64,000 bases of DNA from Eledone cirrhosa (taxonomy: Eukaryota): positions 103,044,001 to 103,108,000 of the forward strand of contig OZ024742.1 in the NCBI GenBank assembly GCA_964016885.1, read 5' to 3'. Every line of letters begins with the position of its first letter. Position 1 is the stretch's first letter. Shown here in pieces: positions 52,865 through 64,000 of this stretch. Under the pieces are notes generated by a model. The model did no database searches and was not told the origin of the DNA. It worked only from the letters and a program-made list of their open reading frames with translations. Made by a program: the position numbers and the translations under genes.

Positions 52865-52935
<71 letters not shown>

Positions 52936-52939
<4 letters not shown>

Positions 52940-53500
52940 TTGCGAGGTTTTTGATATGAAATCGTGTGTGTCGAAACAAATATTGTTATACTTGGGGAGG
53001 GTCATATTTGTGTAATATTGCCAGAATTAATAACAGAACACACTCACTGTTTGGTTGGTTTTCGCTTCTCGCTGTCTTTTATATCTGTAATCTAACTTAC
53101 TCGGTCCTCAATGTTGCCATTGACTGACCGACGGTCAAAAATAATACAGATACAATATAGACACAAACACATATATATAGTTTATCATAAATCTTTCGTT
53201 GCACATCTGCAACATCAAATGGCGTAGACATACAATACAACAGGAGGAAAATATAACACCACTGACGATGTTGCAGATGTGCAACGAAAGATTTATGATA
53301 AACTATATATATGTGTTTGTGTCTATATTGTATCTGTATTATTTTTGACCGTTTGTCAGTCAATGGCAACATTGAGGACCGAGTAAGTTAGATTACCGAT
53401 ATAAAAGACACAAAAGCGAGAAGCGAAAACCAACCAAACAGTGAGTGTGTTCTGTTATTAATTCTGGCAATATTACACAAATATGACCCTCCCCAAGTAT

Positions 53501-53508
<8 letters not shown>
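52936..53508. mobile_element. Fold-back element with an HHR-like core
   Basis: Arms about 52980-53216 / 53267-53508; CTGACGA-t-GTTGCA-gatg-TGCAAC-GAAA at 53262-53289. Confidence 0.9.
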
Positions 53509-53537
<29 letters not shown>

Positions 53538-53728
53538 TTTGAGTATTGGTTATTTACCGGTACTTCAGTATGCAGGGTAGAGCACTCAACGAAGTGCGCA
53601 GGTGGGTCTGTTTACACCAGTTCTTTGAGAAAACACCATACTTCGGGACTGGGCATGTCACAAGATCGAAATAACAGAGGTAAACTTTGTTCCATCATTA
53701 TGTTTTTGTTTTTTCTGTCCAAGTTATA

Positions 53729-53787
53729 GCAGTCTGATGAGGTCATAGCTGTTGAATAATGGTTATCACCGAAATATATATAACAGC
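53729..53787 (+). ncRNA. Type I minimal hammerhead
   Basis: GCAGT-CTGATGA-GGTcATAGCTGTT-gaat-AATGGTTATcACC-GAAA-TATATA-TA-ACAGC. Confidence 0.85.
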
Positions 53788-53824
53788 GAATATGAATAAA
53801 CGAGTTAATTTTAACCTGTTGACT

Positions 53825-53913
<89 letters not shown>

Positions 53914-54321
53914 CCTCACTCCCAGATCGACTGTGTTATATCCGCCCTCCGTCTGCCTTACCCTGTAACCCACCGTAACATCTGATCATGTAATCATTTT
54001 GTTGACCATATCACCCCACCACCACCATGACCACAACACACATCGCTATACGTCCATAAACTTTTTCCCCCCGCGTTCCCTATGTCACCTTTTAACCTGT
54101 AACCCATCGTATTATTCGATTCTGTATATTTTCGTCGCTCACAACTCCACCACCGCCACCACAAGACACAACTCCATACCTCAACATCCATTAACTTCAT
54201 CAACACCGCCAACACATACCTTCCCTCTCGAACCAACGCAAGTGTGTGTGTCTGTGTGTAAGTATTTTTTTATATATATGTGCGTATACATATATGTATA
54301 TATATATATATATATATATAA

Positions 54322-54428
54322 TATAATTGTTTCTACTTTTGGCACAAGGCCACAAATACCCAGTGTATTACTGGTACTTTATTTTATCGACCCCGTAAGG
54401 ATGAAAGGCATAGTTAACCTCGGTGGGA
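54322..54428 (-). mobile_element. SINE family A 3' half
   Basis: Core and tail present. Confidence 0.85.
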
Positions 54429-54979
54429 TATATATATATATATAATAATGTATATATATGTGTGTGTATATATGTATGTATGTGTGTGTATGTGTATGTT
54501 TATGTATACGTGTGTGTACGTGTATGTGTGCATATTCGTATGTGTGTGTGTATGTGTGTATGTATGTATGTGTATCTCTATATGTACAACACCATCTCCA
54601 TTGGCTCTCACCTTCCCTCTATCTTTGTTCTACGCCACCCCCACCGATACTCCCCCACTCTCTCTATATATATCGACACGCGCGCATGCACATACATGTG
54701 TGTATATATGCATACAGATATATGTATGTGTGGATCTATGTGGGCGCGTGTATCTGTGTGTATATAAGTGTGTACGTATGTATATATATCAGTATATATG
54801 CGCAAGTATATATATATATACGACGTATTACTAAGAGTGTCTAGATATGTATCTCCCCATGGACTCAACACCACCTACACATCCACCACACCACCACAAG
54901 CGCCACTACCATAAACAACAACACCACAACCACACCCCACACACGCCAACCCGTCTAGCAACAACCCACTATCCCCCAT

Positions 54980-55242
54980 ACCACAGCCAATCGCAGCCAG
55001 CGACCGTCACCCACATCTTATCATCACATCCACCCCCACATACACTACAGGCCAAAGCCAATCCGCCACCACCACAGCCCATCCCAGTCAGTGACCGTCA
55101 CCAACATCTTATCATCACATCCACCCCCACATACACTACAGGCCAAAGCCAATCCGCCACCACCACACCACAGCCCATCACAGGCAGCGACCGTCACCCA
55201 CATCTCATCATCACATCCACCCCCACATACACTACAGGCCAG
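54980..55242. repeat. Tandem repeat of about 90 bp, three copies
   Basis: GACCGTCACC.ACATCT.ATCATCACATCCACCCCCACATACACTACAGGCCA occurs three times. Confidence 0.85.
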
Positions 55243-55350
55243 TACATCCCCTTGATCCTTCCCACCAATCAAAACAACTCATCTTGTCAAACTCTTGAAC
55301 TTCTGTCTTTACCACATAGCATGTATTTCATTTTCTTATAGCATTTTAAA

Positions 55351-55437
55351 GGGTCCGTCGAGCTGCCGATCATTGAGCCGGATAGGATCGATACAGATCA
55401 AATCTTGAGCTGATCAGTGGCGAAACGCGCGTCACCT
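55351..55437 (+). ncRNA. Degenerate or variant type I hammerhead
   Basis: GGGT-CCGTCGA (in place of CTGANGA)-GCTGCCGATCA..TGATCAGTGGC-GAAA-CGCGCG-TC-ACCT. Confidence 0.65.
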
Positions 55438-55484
55438 ACCAATAAATGTAATGAAGGAATAACCAATCGCCCTTGTTATCCTTT

Positions 55485-55552
<68 letters not shown>

Positions 55553-55580
55553 CAGAGTATAACAGTTTTAATATAGATGA

Positions 55581-55629
55581 GATTCTACAGGACTAGAACT
55601 GTTTCATTCATTAGAAATCATCAGGAATC
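55581..55629 (-). ncRNA. Type I hammerhead in an ~85-bp insert between (TA)n arrays
   Basis: Reverse complement reads GATTC-CTGATGA-tTTC-taat-GAAt-GAAA-CAG-ttctagtc-CTG-TA-GAATC. Confidence 0.85.
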
Positions 55630-55743
55630 ATATATATATATATAAAACAAAGAAGGTGTGATAAGATACCAGGTTGACCATAACGCACCAGAGTACTCGA
55701 TATTCGGAGCTCAGCCGTCGGGGTGCTGACTCTTTTCATATAT

Positions 55744-55871
<128 letters not shown>

Positions 55872-56429
55872 TATATAGTAGAATAATCGAGTATCGGAAA
55901 ATCAGCTCACGAGTTTACGATAAACAAATCCGACATGAGTGGCAGAGGGCTCAATAATTCAGATAAATCAGAGCTATAACTATCGTTAAAATACCAACAC
56001 ACAACGATTATGCCTAAAATCACCCATGCGGCCGAAAAATAACGACCAGGAAGATTCGGGTCACTCAGATAAAATATCAATAAATCAATAATTCATATGA
56101 ATGTAAAAAACTTACCCGGACCCACTATGTGTGTGTGTGTGTGTGTGTATGTGTGTGTGTGTATTTAAAAGAAGGCTGTAAAGTTCCATACAAATCAAAG
56201 GTTATAGTTAAAATGCATAAAAGGTGAAAATGCATAGAAGTATATTTAAAGATTATTTTTTTCTTTAATCCGACAGAATAATTCAACCATTGGTATATTA
56301 GGAGGATTTAAATATTATGAAGTATTACCAGTTTCGATTGGTATATCAATCTTATCAAATGTTAAATAATAAATATAAAAAAAAGTATTTTCATATATTC
56401 TGTCACGCCCTCCCCCCCTCTCTCTCTCT

Positions 56430-56502
<73 letters not shown>

Positions 56503-56779
56503 TGCGTGGCTGAGTGGTTAGAGAATAGGATTCGCCATCGTGGGATTGTGAGTTCGATTCCCGGACCTTGAGCAAGACACTTTATTTCACCTTGCTAGAT
56601 TTGCGACCGGTAGGTAGTATTAGCAATTGGAAAGACCAATGGAAACATTGCTTCCTCGGTCCGATTTGACGAGACCTGGGATATTGTCGATCGACCTCCT
56701 GCTATTTCAAGCGTTAACTTAATATATTCCTTCCATATACTGTAGCGCTTGTGTTGTTATCTGTTTACCATTTACATAC

Positions 56780-56816
<37 letters not shown>

Positions 56817-56899
56817 TGAGATTCTACAGGACTAGAACTGTTTCATTACTGTGGTTACCTCCGATTCAACCCGGAATAACATATATATATATATATATA

Positions 56900-57375
56900 T
56901 ATAAACATGAGAAGAAAGAAGAATACAGCGTGGTTGCACATGGGTTACATATGATAAAAATAGTCCTTCGTCAGTGATTTTCCAACCATCATTGGTATTT
57001 CATCGCATTAAAAATCATATACCTCAGGTGTGTGCGAACAATAACTAAAAAAAGTTATTGGGACCAGTAAATCGCGTAAAGCGAGGGAGACAAGTAAACA
57101 ACATAGAAGGATAAAAGCAAACCAAAGATAGGAAAATAAACAAGCAACATGGTTATCCGGTCAGCATAAGGTGGGTAGATTTCATGAGCGATAGAGGTAC
57201 AGACCGTCTGACGTGAGTGAGATGTAAGCAAGAAGAGACCCACTACAAGCCAAACGGGAGGAAGTGAGAAGAGGAGAAACAGAGAGTGAGTCGAGTCGGA
57301 AGAGGTCAGTCGAGAGAAACTGTAACAGACAGGGGGGCGAAAGAAGGTGAGAGAAACAGAGAGAGCGGGGAAGCA

Positions 57376-57376
<1 letters not shown>
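56900..57376 (-). mobile_element. Unfolded relative of the 14500-15190 element
   Basis: Diverged homology including GTCC.TC.TCAGTGATTT..ATTTCAT.GCATTAAAAATCATATA; bounded by (TA)n. Confidence 0.75.
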
Positions 57377-57449
<73 letters not shown>

Positions 57450-57451
<2 letters not shown>

Positions 57452-57584
57452 CGGGGTCGATAAGGATGAAAGGATGAAAGGCAAAGTTAACCTCGGCGGG
57501 ATTTGAACTGAGAATGGCAAAGGCCGTAACTCTATGTGTCAAAGCATGGCGTCCGACCCTCTACCGATACTGCCAATCCACCAC
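57450..57584 (-). mobile_element. SINE family A 5' part
   Basis: Box A/B and core present. Confidence 0.9.
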
Positions 57585-57599
57585 CTGTATATATATATA

Positions 57600-58070
57600 T
57601 AACGGCGATGAATTAGTTTTGCGAGGTTTTTGATATGAAATCGTGTGTCGAAACAAATATTGTTATACTTGGGGAGGGCATATTTATGTAATAGTATTGC
57701 CAGAATTAATAACAGAACACACTCACTGTTTGGTTGGTTTTCGCTTCTATGTCTTAAATAAATAAACAGACTAAATAAAGATGGCGTAGGCATACAATAC
57801 AACAGGAAGAAACATAATAGCACCACTGACGATGTTGCAGATGTGCAACGAAAGAACTTTGTTAGACTATATATATATGTGTTTGTGTCTATATTATATC
57901 TATATTTTTGACCGTTGGTCAGTCAATGGTAACATTGAGGAGCGAATAAAAAATTAAATTAACCGATATAAAAGACACAGAAGTGAAAACCAACCAAATA
58001 GTGAGTGTGTTCTGTTATTAATTCTGGCAATACTATTACACAAATATGATCCCCCCCTCCCCCCAAGTAT

Positions 58071-58078
<8 letters not shown>
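57600..58078. mobile_element. Second fold-back copy of the 52936-53508 family
   Basis: Arms about 57657-57748 / 57978-58078; HHR-like core at 57826-57853. Confidence 0.85.
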
Positions 58079-58111
<33 letters not shown>

Positions 58112-58152
58112 TATGTATACGTACATACATATATGTATACAGACGTACAGTA

Positions 58153-58230
<78 letters not shown>

Positions 58231-58491
58231 GCACACATATATATATGTACGTATGGATTCACCGAACATTTATTATAATGTTCGGTGTGTTTGTAAACAA
58301 ACATCCCGAATTAAGCCGTAGTGTGTCTAGCAACCATCGTTGCTCATTTGTTCAATACTGACAAAGGAACGCTGTACTAGTTTCAAGCTTATTAGCTATC
58401 GTCAGCAACGTACTTATATTTAAGTAACAGCCGTACTAAGAGTGAGAAATGAAATTTCGTTTCATTTTTACCCTTTATATATATATATATA

Positions 58492-58677
58492 TAACGAAGG
58501 AGTTGTGGTAAGGAACCAGATGGACCATAACGCACCAGAGTACTCAATACTTAGGGTAGTAGAGTGGGTAATAGGAGAAAGTATGACCCCCGACGGCAGA
58601 GCTCAAGCCGTTTCGACGGCTATTTCTGGACGTCGAAACGGCTTGAGCTCTGCCGTCGGAGTCATACTTTCTCCTAT
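58492..58677. mobile_element. Fold-back element with hammerhead 3' half (family also at 12040-12130, 15891-15967, 47485-47520, 55645-55735)
   Basis: Hairpin 58571-58677 with a 12-nt loop; GAAA-CGGC-ttGAGCTCt-GCCG-TC. Confidence 0.8.
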
Positions 58678-59210
58678 ATATATATATATAGTTATGTAAT
58701 AAACAATATAAGGTAATTATTTCATTTACCAGTGGTTTCTTGAAAGCAAACAATATATATATATATATATATATAGTGCAAATTTATACGGGAACAAAAC
58801 AGAGAGGCAGACAAATAAAGGTTTATTAGGTTCACGCTATATATATACACACATATGTATATATATATACGACAGTGAAAGGGTCAAACACAAAAACTAC
58901 ATATAAAATATAGAATACAGAGAACCTCGATGTGGGGGTGTGTATGTGCGTTTGTGTGTTGTCTCGATATGTGGCCTTGTACCATGACAATCAAAATCAT
59001 TTGTTTACCCATTTCTCGTCGGGTCATTATTACTATTATCCTAGGTATCTTCCAATGAAATCCAAATGTCGTCCTATTAATGTTTTTAATACTGCACATA
59101 TCGATTTTTTTTTGTATAATCCACAGTAGATTATAATTAAATACAAACGTTATTTCATAATCTAATCAACGTCAAATCAAAACTGACAGTTGTTATTTAA
59201 TCCGGTTTAT

Positions 59211-59802
59211 ACTAGCATTAAAGCCCGGCGTTGCTCGGGGTCAGTAAGTTACCAAAGTTAAGTTACACCACCCATTTTATAGCAGCACTTTTTTGTCTGC
59301 CAGGCACTGGGTGAATGAATTGCAGACCTGGACTGCCGAAGCAGGAGCTGCGCCAGCAGTGACAATTGTAGTTTCGCCTATGGATATTATCTCTGTGCAA
59401 AGAAGTGTTGAAATTTATTGTTTCACAGTACTTGCGCAACACGCGCGTAGACGATGCCAGCCGAACAACAGAGCTGCGATGGAGTTGTTCTGCATGGTTG
59501 TCTAATGTGTGTTTTCTAAATTTAAGACTGTAGGGAGGGGTGTGATATGGGGGAGAGTTAGCTGCTGTTTCTAGCAGGTTTAGTGACCTCATAGAGGATA
59601 TTATTGTGTATAGTAAATAAACTGATACTTCTTTCTTCCACGTTCGTTGAGAGATGTTTTAAAAAAGATTTATCGGTATTTTTTTTTTGTTGAATAAATT
59701 TATCTGTTGCTTTTAAATAATTGTTGTTTCGTATGAAATGTAATAAGTTCAATAACAAAGAGAAGTAAATAAATGTTTGTCCGTTCCACACTCAAAAACA
59801 AA

Positions 59803-59843
<41 letters not shown>

Positions 59844-60175
59844 TCTCTCTCTCTCTCTCTCTCTCACACACACTCTCTTCTATCTCTCTTCTTTCTTCGA
59901 CGTTCCTAAAGGAAGTTTATAAGTTTAAGCGTATATAAGAGAAAGTTGCAGCATGTATATAGTTTTATCGAATTTTAAGAGGAATAAAGAGAGAGAATCA
60001 GATCGTATTAGAGGAGTAAAGCGTCATGTATTTAGTTTTATCGATTATTTCCGTAATTCTGGGTGAGTTTGAAATAAATAAATAGTTGTTGACCTAAGTT
60101 AGACCATTTACAACATTCTTACAGACTTTGAGTCGAATCGGTTTGAAATTGTGCAAATGTATAAACATGGAACAT

Positions 60176-60209
<34 letters not shown>

Positions 60210-60233
60210 CAACAACAATCTGCCTTTTATAGA
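59211..60233 (-). mobile_element. Non-autonomous Helitron/Helentron-like element
   Basis: ACTAGCATTAAAGCCCGGCGTTGCTCGGG at one end and (CA)n..CTTTTATAGATA at the other; same 3' hairpin as at 11155-11185. Confidence 0.75.
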
Positions 60234-60289
60234 TAATGATATATGATTGATATATATATATATATGTGTGTGTATGTGTGTTTATATAT

Positions 60290-60366
<77 letters not shown>

Positions 60367-60368
<2 letters not shown>

Positions 60369-60775
60369 ATATTAATAAATGGAAACTATATTTATAAAAC
60401 CATAATTATTTTTTTATATATATTTCAAGGGCAACTAAGGCAGTTTTGGTGCGCTTTCATCAGATAAAATACAAAATTTGTTTTATAAATGTTGACATAC
60501 CCGTAGAAAAACCACCTTGACGGCTGAAGGTTCGTCAAGGTTGTTTTTCTACGAGTATGTCAACATTTATAAAACAAATTTTGTATTTTATCTGATGAAA
60601 GCGCACCAAAACTGCCTTAGTTGCCCTTGAAATATATATAAAATAATTATGGTTTTATAAATATAGTTTCCATTTATTAATATATAGAATATTTACTCCA
60701 GTAAACTGTTGAGTGCTTTATATCAGTAATAAAACTTTTAAGCTTGTTGAATCCCAACAAATTAAATATAACTTC

Positions 60776-60778
<3 letters not shown>
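60367..60778. mobile_element. Near-perfect hairpin HHR element
   Basis: Arms about 60367-60522 / 60533-60685 with a ~10-nt loop; HHR cores at 60407-60471 (-) and 60584-60645 (+); TTGAGTGCTTT at 60709. Confidence 0.9.
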
Positions 60779-60855
<77 letters not shown>

Positions 60856-60884
60856 TATATAAATATATATATATGTTTATATAT

Positions 60885-61950
60885 ATATAAGAAAGTAAGT
60901 CCATCATTTTATAAAATATATACAGTATTTCTCCTCCCAACCACACAAAAAAATCAATTAAACGAGGCTATAAGTTTAAAATGTACCTATGAAGAAACAG
61001 TAGATAAATAAATGATACCTATTTTATCCGCGATCAACAGCCACAGAAGATTTACCTAGTATTTCTAATAGCCCGTACAAACTGACTAGACACATAGCCA
61101 ACCATACACAATTAGGTACAAAATCAAAGTTAGAAGAAAAAATGTACATAAACATACCAAAATTATGTTTCTACCCCATGTAGTTTCATTCGCTTTTTGG
61201 AAATATCCGACCATGGATAAGTTCACGAGTTTCGAAATCATCAGGAAACAAACTCAATTAGACAAAGATTTTTCTTAAATGATCCCCGCCAGAAACGAAT
61301 TCAAAATGGCTAAGAACTGTCACATGGCCAGTGGTCAAGTCAGAAAGCTTGTGATTGGTGCCTGACCGCGAGTAGGCTGGTTGCTAGAAAGCGCAGCCGA
61401 ATACTGCCTAAATTGTTACTCAACTATATGGGAGTATATAAATATATAGGTTTACATATACATAAACTAGACAGAGCCATAGATATATGTGTTATTGGCA
61501 ACCATTCACGGTGTGGCTTAATGACGAATTAATTAATTAAATAATCAACAATCAGAGCAATATATAAGAAAGTAAGTCCATAGAATCATTTGATAAAATA
61601 TATACAATATTTCTCCTCCCAATCAGCATAATTAACCACACAATATAAAATAGCTATCACACGATAAAATAGCTATCATTTAATTATCTACTGTTTCTTC
61701 ATAGGTACATTTTAAACTTATAGCCTCGTTTAATTGATTTTTTGTGTGGTTAATTATGCTGATTGGGAGGAGAAATACTGTATATATTTTATCAAATGAT
61801 TCTATGGACTTACTTTCTTATATATTGCTCTGATTGTTGATTAATTAATTAATTAATTAATTAATTCGTCATTGAGCCACACCGTGAATGGTTGCCAATA
61901 ACACATATATATATATCTATGGCTCTCTCTAGTTTATGTATATGTAAACT
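60885..61950. mobile_element. Complex fold-back element
   Basis: Arms about 61452-61640 / 61743-61948; 60885-61010 recurs directly (61560-61620) and inverted (61686-61825). Confidence 0.8.
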
Positions 61951-62384
61951 TATATATTTATGTTTATATATATATATATATATCCAGGGCCTAGTGAAAA
62001 ATAAAAGAAAAAAACAACACAAAATACAATTACCCAACAAAAGCAAAAGTAAAATTCAGTCACTATACTGGTACGAAGAGGTCAAACTTAATCAGGTCAC
62101 AATTGCTTTCAGTTCCTGGTTTCCGTCGAGTTATGGCTATTCGTGGTGGTTTGGAGACCGGGAAGATCAAATATCAAGGTAGTACACAATACATGTTTAG
62201 TACAGTGTAAATAAATAACATTACAAATTGTTCACAATTCTTTCGGAATGAAAATATAAACATATATAATAAATACGATTAATTATTGCTAGGAACTTTA
62301 CAAATACGACGCACCAAAATATATGTTCAAAGCGAGAGAAAGAAAAAAAAAATGACCATCAATTCAACACAAGGGGTCAATGGT

Positions 62385-62930
62385 ATTTTTTTAGGCAAGC
62401 CAACACGCTTGCAGCATTACCGTGGATAATGGCGAGGCTAAGACGCTGAAACAACCAGGCACCCTTATGGGCATCACTTGACACCTCGGTAAAACGAGCC
62501 GCCAATAATGACAATAACTTCGTTGTCAGCGGCCCAACTCCACCAAACGTCTCGAACGAACGTCACAAGCTGGAAAAAATAATTGCTTGATAGTTTCCGG
62601 TAATTTCGGATTTTATTCTGTTTGGCAATGGAATCTGTGACCCTCACATTTACCGCGGCATCCATGATGTCGGAGGGAACAAAAGTGTCATTGACTGTGG
62701 CGTCCCAGATGAGACGTCTGCCTCTTACACAAGGACAAAGGGTAAGACTATATGGTCTCTTCCCATCAATTCTGGATAGTCCAGCCGGCTCCAGAACTGA
62801 GGGGATAATTATCCGAGCCCTCTTAATGATCAGGTTTAGCTCGGTGTGACGAGCGAAGAGACCCTCACTCAGGTGGCAGGACAAACCATGAAGGCCTGTG
62901 ACGTTGAGGGACCTACCAAAGCAACATCTC
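62385..62930 (-). pseudogene. CRE-clade retrotransposon fragment (zinc knuckle plus RLE)
   Basis: HGLSC..ARHTELNLIIKRA..LEPAGLSRIDGKRP..LIWDATVNDT..WLFQRLSLAIIHGNAASVL. Confidence 0.9.
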
Positions 62931-64000
62931 AGACATAATGATTTCTTTTATTTTTTTATAGACATAATGCATCTCTTTTATATCTTTTTTCCACGTTTGT
63001 CCTCCAACTGAAATTATTTCTTTATTTAAGCAAGCTTCATACCGAACTCACCACTAATGTTTCCTAAACAGCTCGTCATTTTCAAACACCTCACTCTGTT
63101 CTTCTTCATAATCTCTCTCTTCTCTTCTCACTCTTCTCTTTCTCTCTCTTCCTCCTGGTTTCGCTTCTCTTCCTTCTCTCTTTTTCCCTCGCACACTCTT
63201 TCTTGTTCTCTCTTTCTTTTAACCCTTCTTTCTCAGTCTTTCTCTTTCTCCCTTGCCCCTGCTCCGTGTTTTCTCTCTCTCTCTCCTGCCCTCTCTCTCT
63301 GTTTTTCTCTATCCCTTCTTAACCCCCCCCTCCTCTCTCTCCCTCTCTGTTTTTCATTCCTGTAATCCAGAAGTTTTTGCCCTGTTTATTTAGATTTAGT
63401 GATCCTTTAACATAAGATCTATTTGAAAGCGCTATGTCTACAGAAGCCTTATAATCAAAGCTTTAGCATTAATATTAGGGTTAGGTTAAGGTTAGAGTTA
63501 GGATTACACAGATCTATCTGTAATCATAAAGAAACACAGATTCGGAAAGGTCGGTGCTCAAATGAGAAGGAAATTTTCAACTATTTTATAATCACAGCCT
63601 TTGTTCCTGATTCCGCGGCGCATGTAACAGCGATGGAACCTTTAAGTGGTTGCTCAACCTGCTAGAAATGGCAGCCAAATCACCCTCACCTCACAGACTT
63701 AAAAAGCTAAATACATATATTCAAGGTAATGTAGTACTGGATTAATTATACCTTAAACAAAGACAAGATGGTTCCGGCTGGCGCACCTTTCATCGTGGGT
63801 ATGGTCGATCAGAGCTAACCTAACATTAAGGCCATCTAGACAGCCGCCCAAGGTGATGACCTAAGGCAGGCACCTTACTGGACCTTAAAGGATCACAGTT
63901 TTATATGGCGCATAAGTGGGAGAAGGGCAGGCACATTGTAGAGCAGACCAAGGGCGCTAAATACCCAGGTCCCGGGTATATATATATATGATTATGCTGC

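Overview
AT-rich eukaryotic DNA that is almost entirely repeats. The SINE families and the dense (TA)n/(TATG)n/(CA)n arrays suggest an invertebrate, most likely an octopus; this is inferred from repeat content only. I found no credible host protein-coding gene. Nearly all supplied ORFs are microsatellite translations, and the protein-like ones are decayed transposon ORFs: RTE, CRE and R4-like LINEs, a hAT transposase, and a Neptune-type Penelope-like (PLE) endonuclease tail. The strongest signal is an RNA-level one. Many short, mutually unrelated elements sit inside (TA)n microsatellites. They (i) carry hammerhead ribozyme (HHR) cores, with about a dozen complete or near-complete type I motifs plus degenerate, half and possibly permuted ones, (ii) often form long fold-back inverted repeats, and (iii) share a TTGAG(T/C)(A/G/C)CT(C/T)T-like motif about 40-80 nt from the microsatellite-abutting end. 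The best reading is a diverse population of non-autonomous, microsatellite-targeted, ribozyme-bearing PLE/retrozyme-like elements. There is also a (TATG)n-associated bipartite RTE-derived retroposon with a structured 5' end, tRNA-SINEs with two alternative tails, Helitron-type and TIR MITEs, and minisatellites. All pairings and coordinates were read by eye, so boundaries are approximate.
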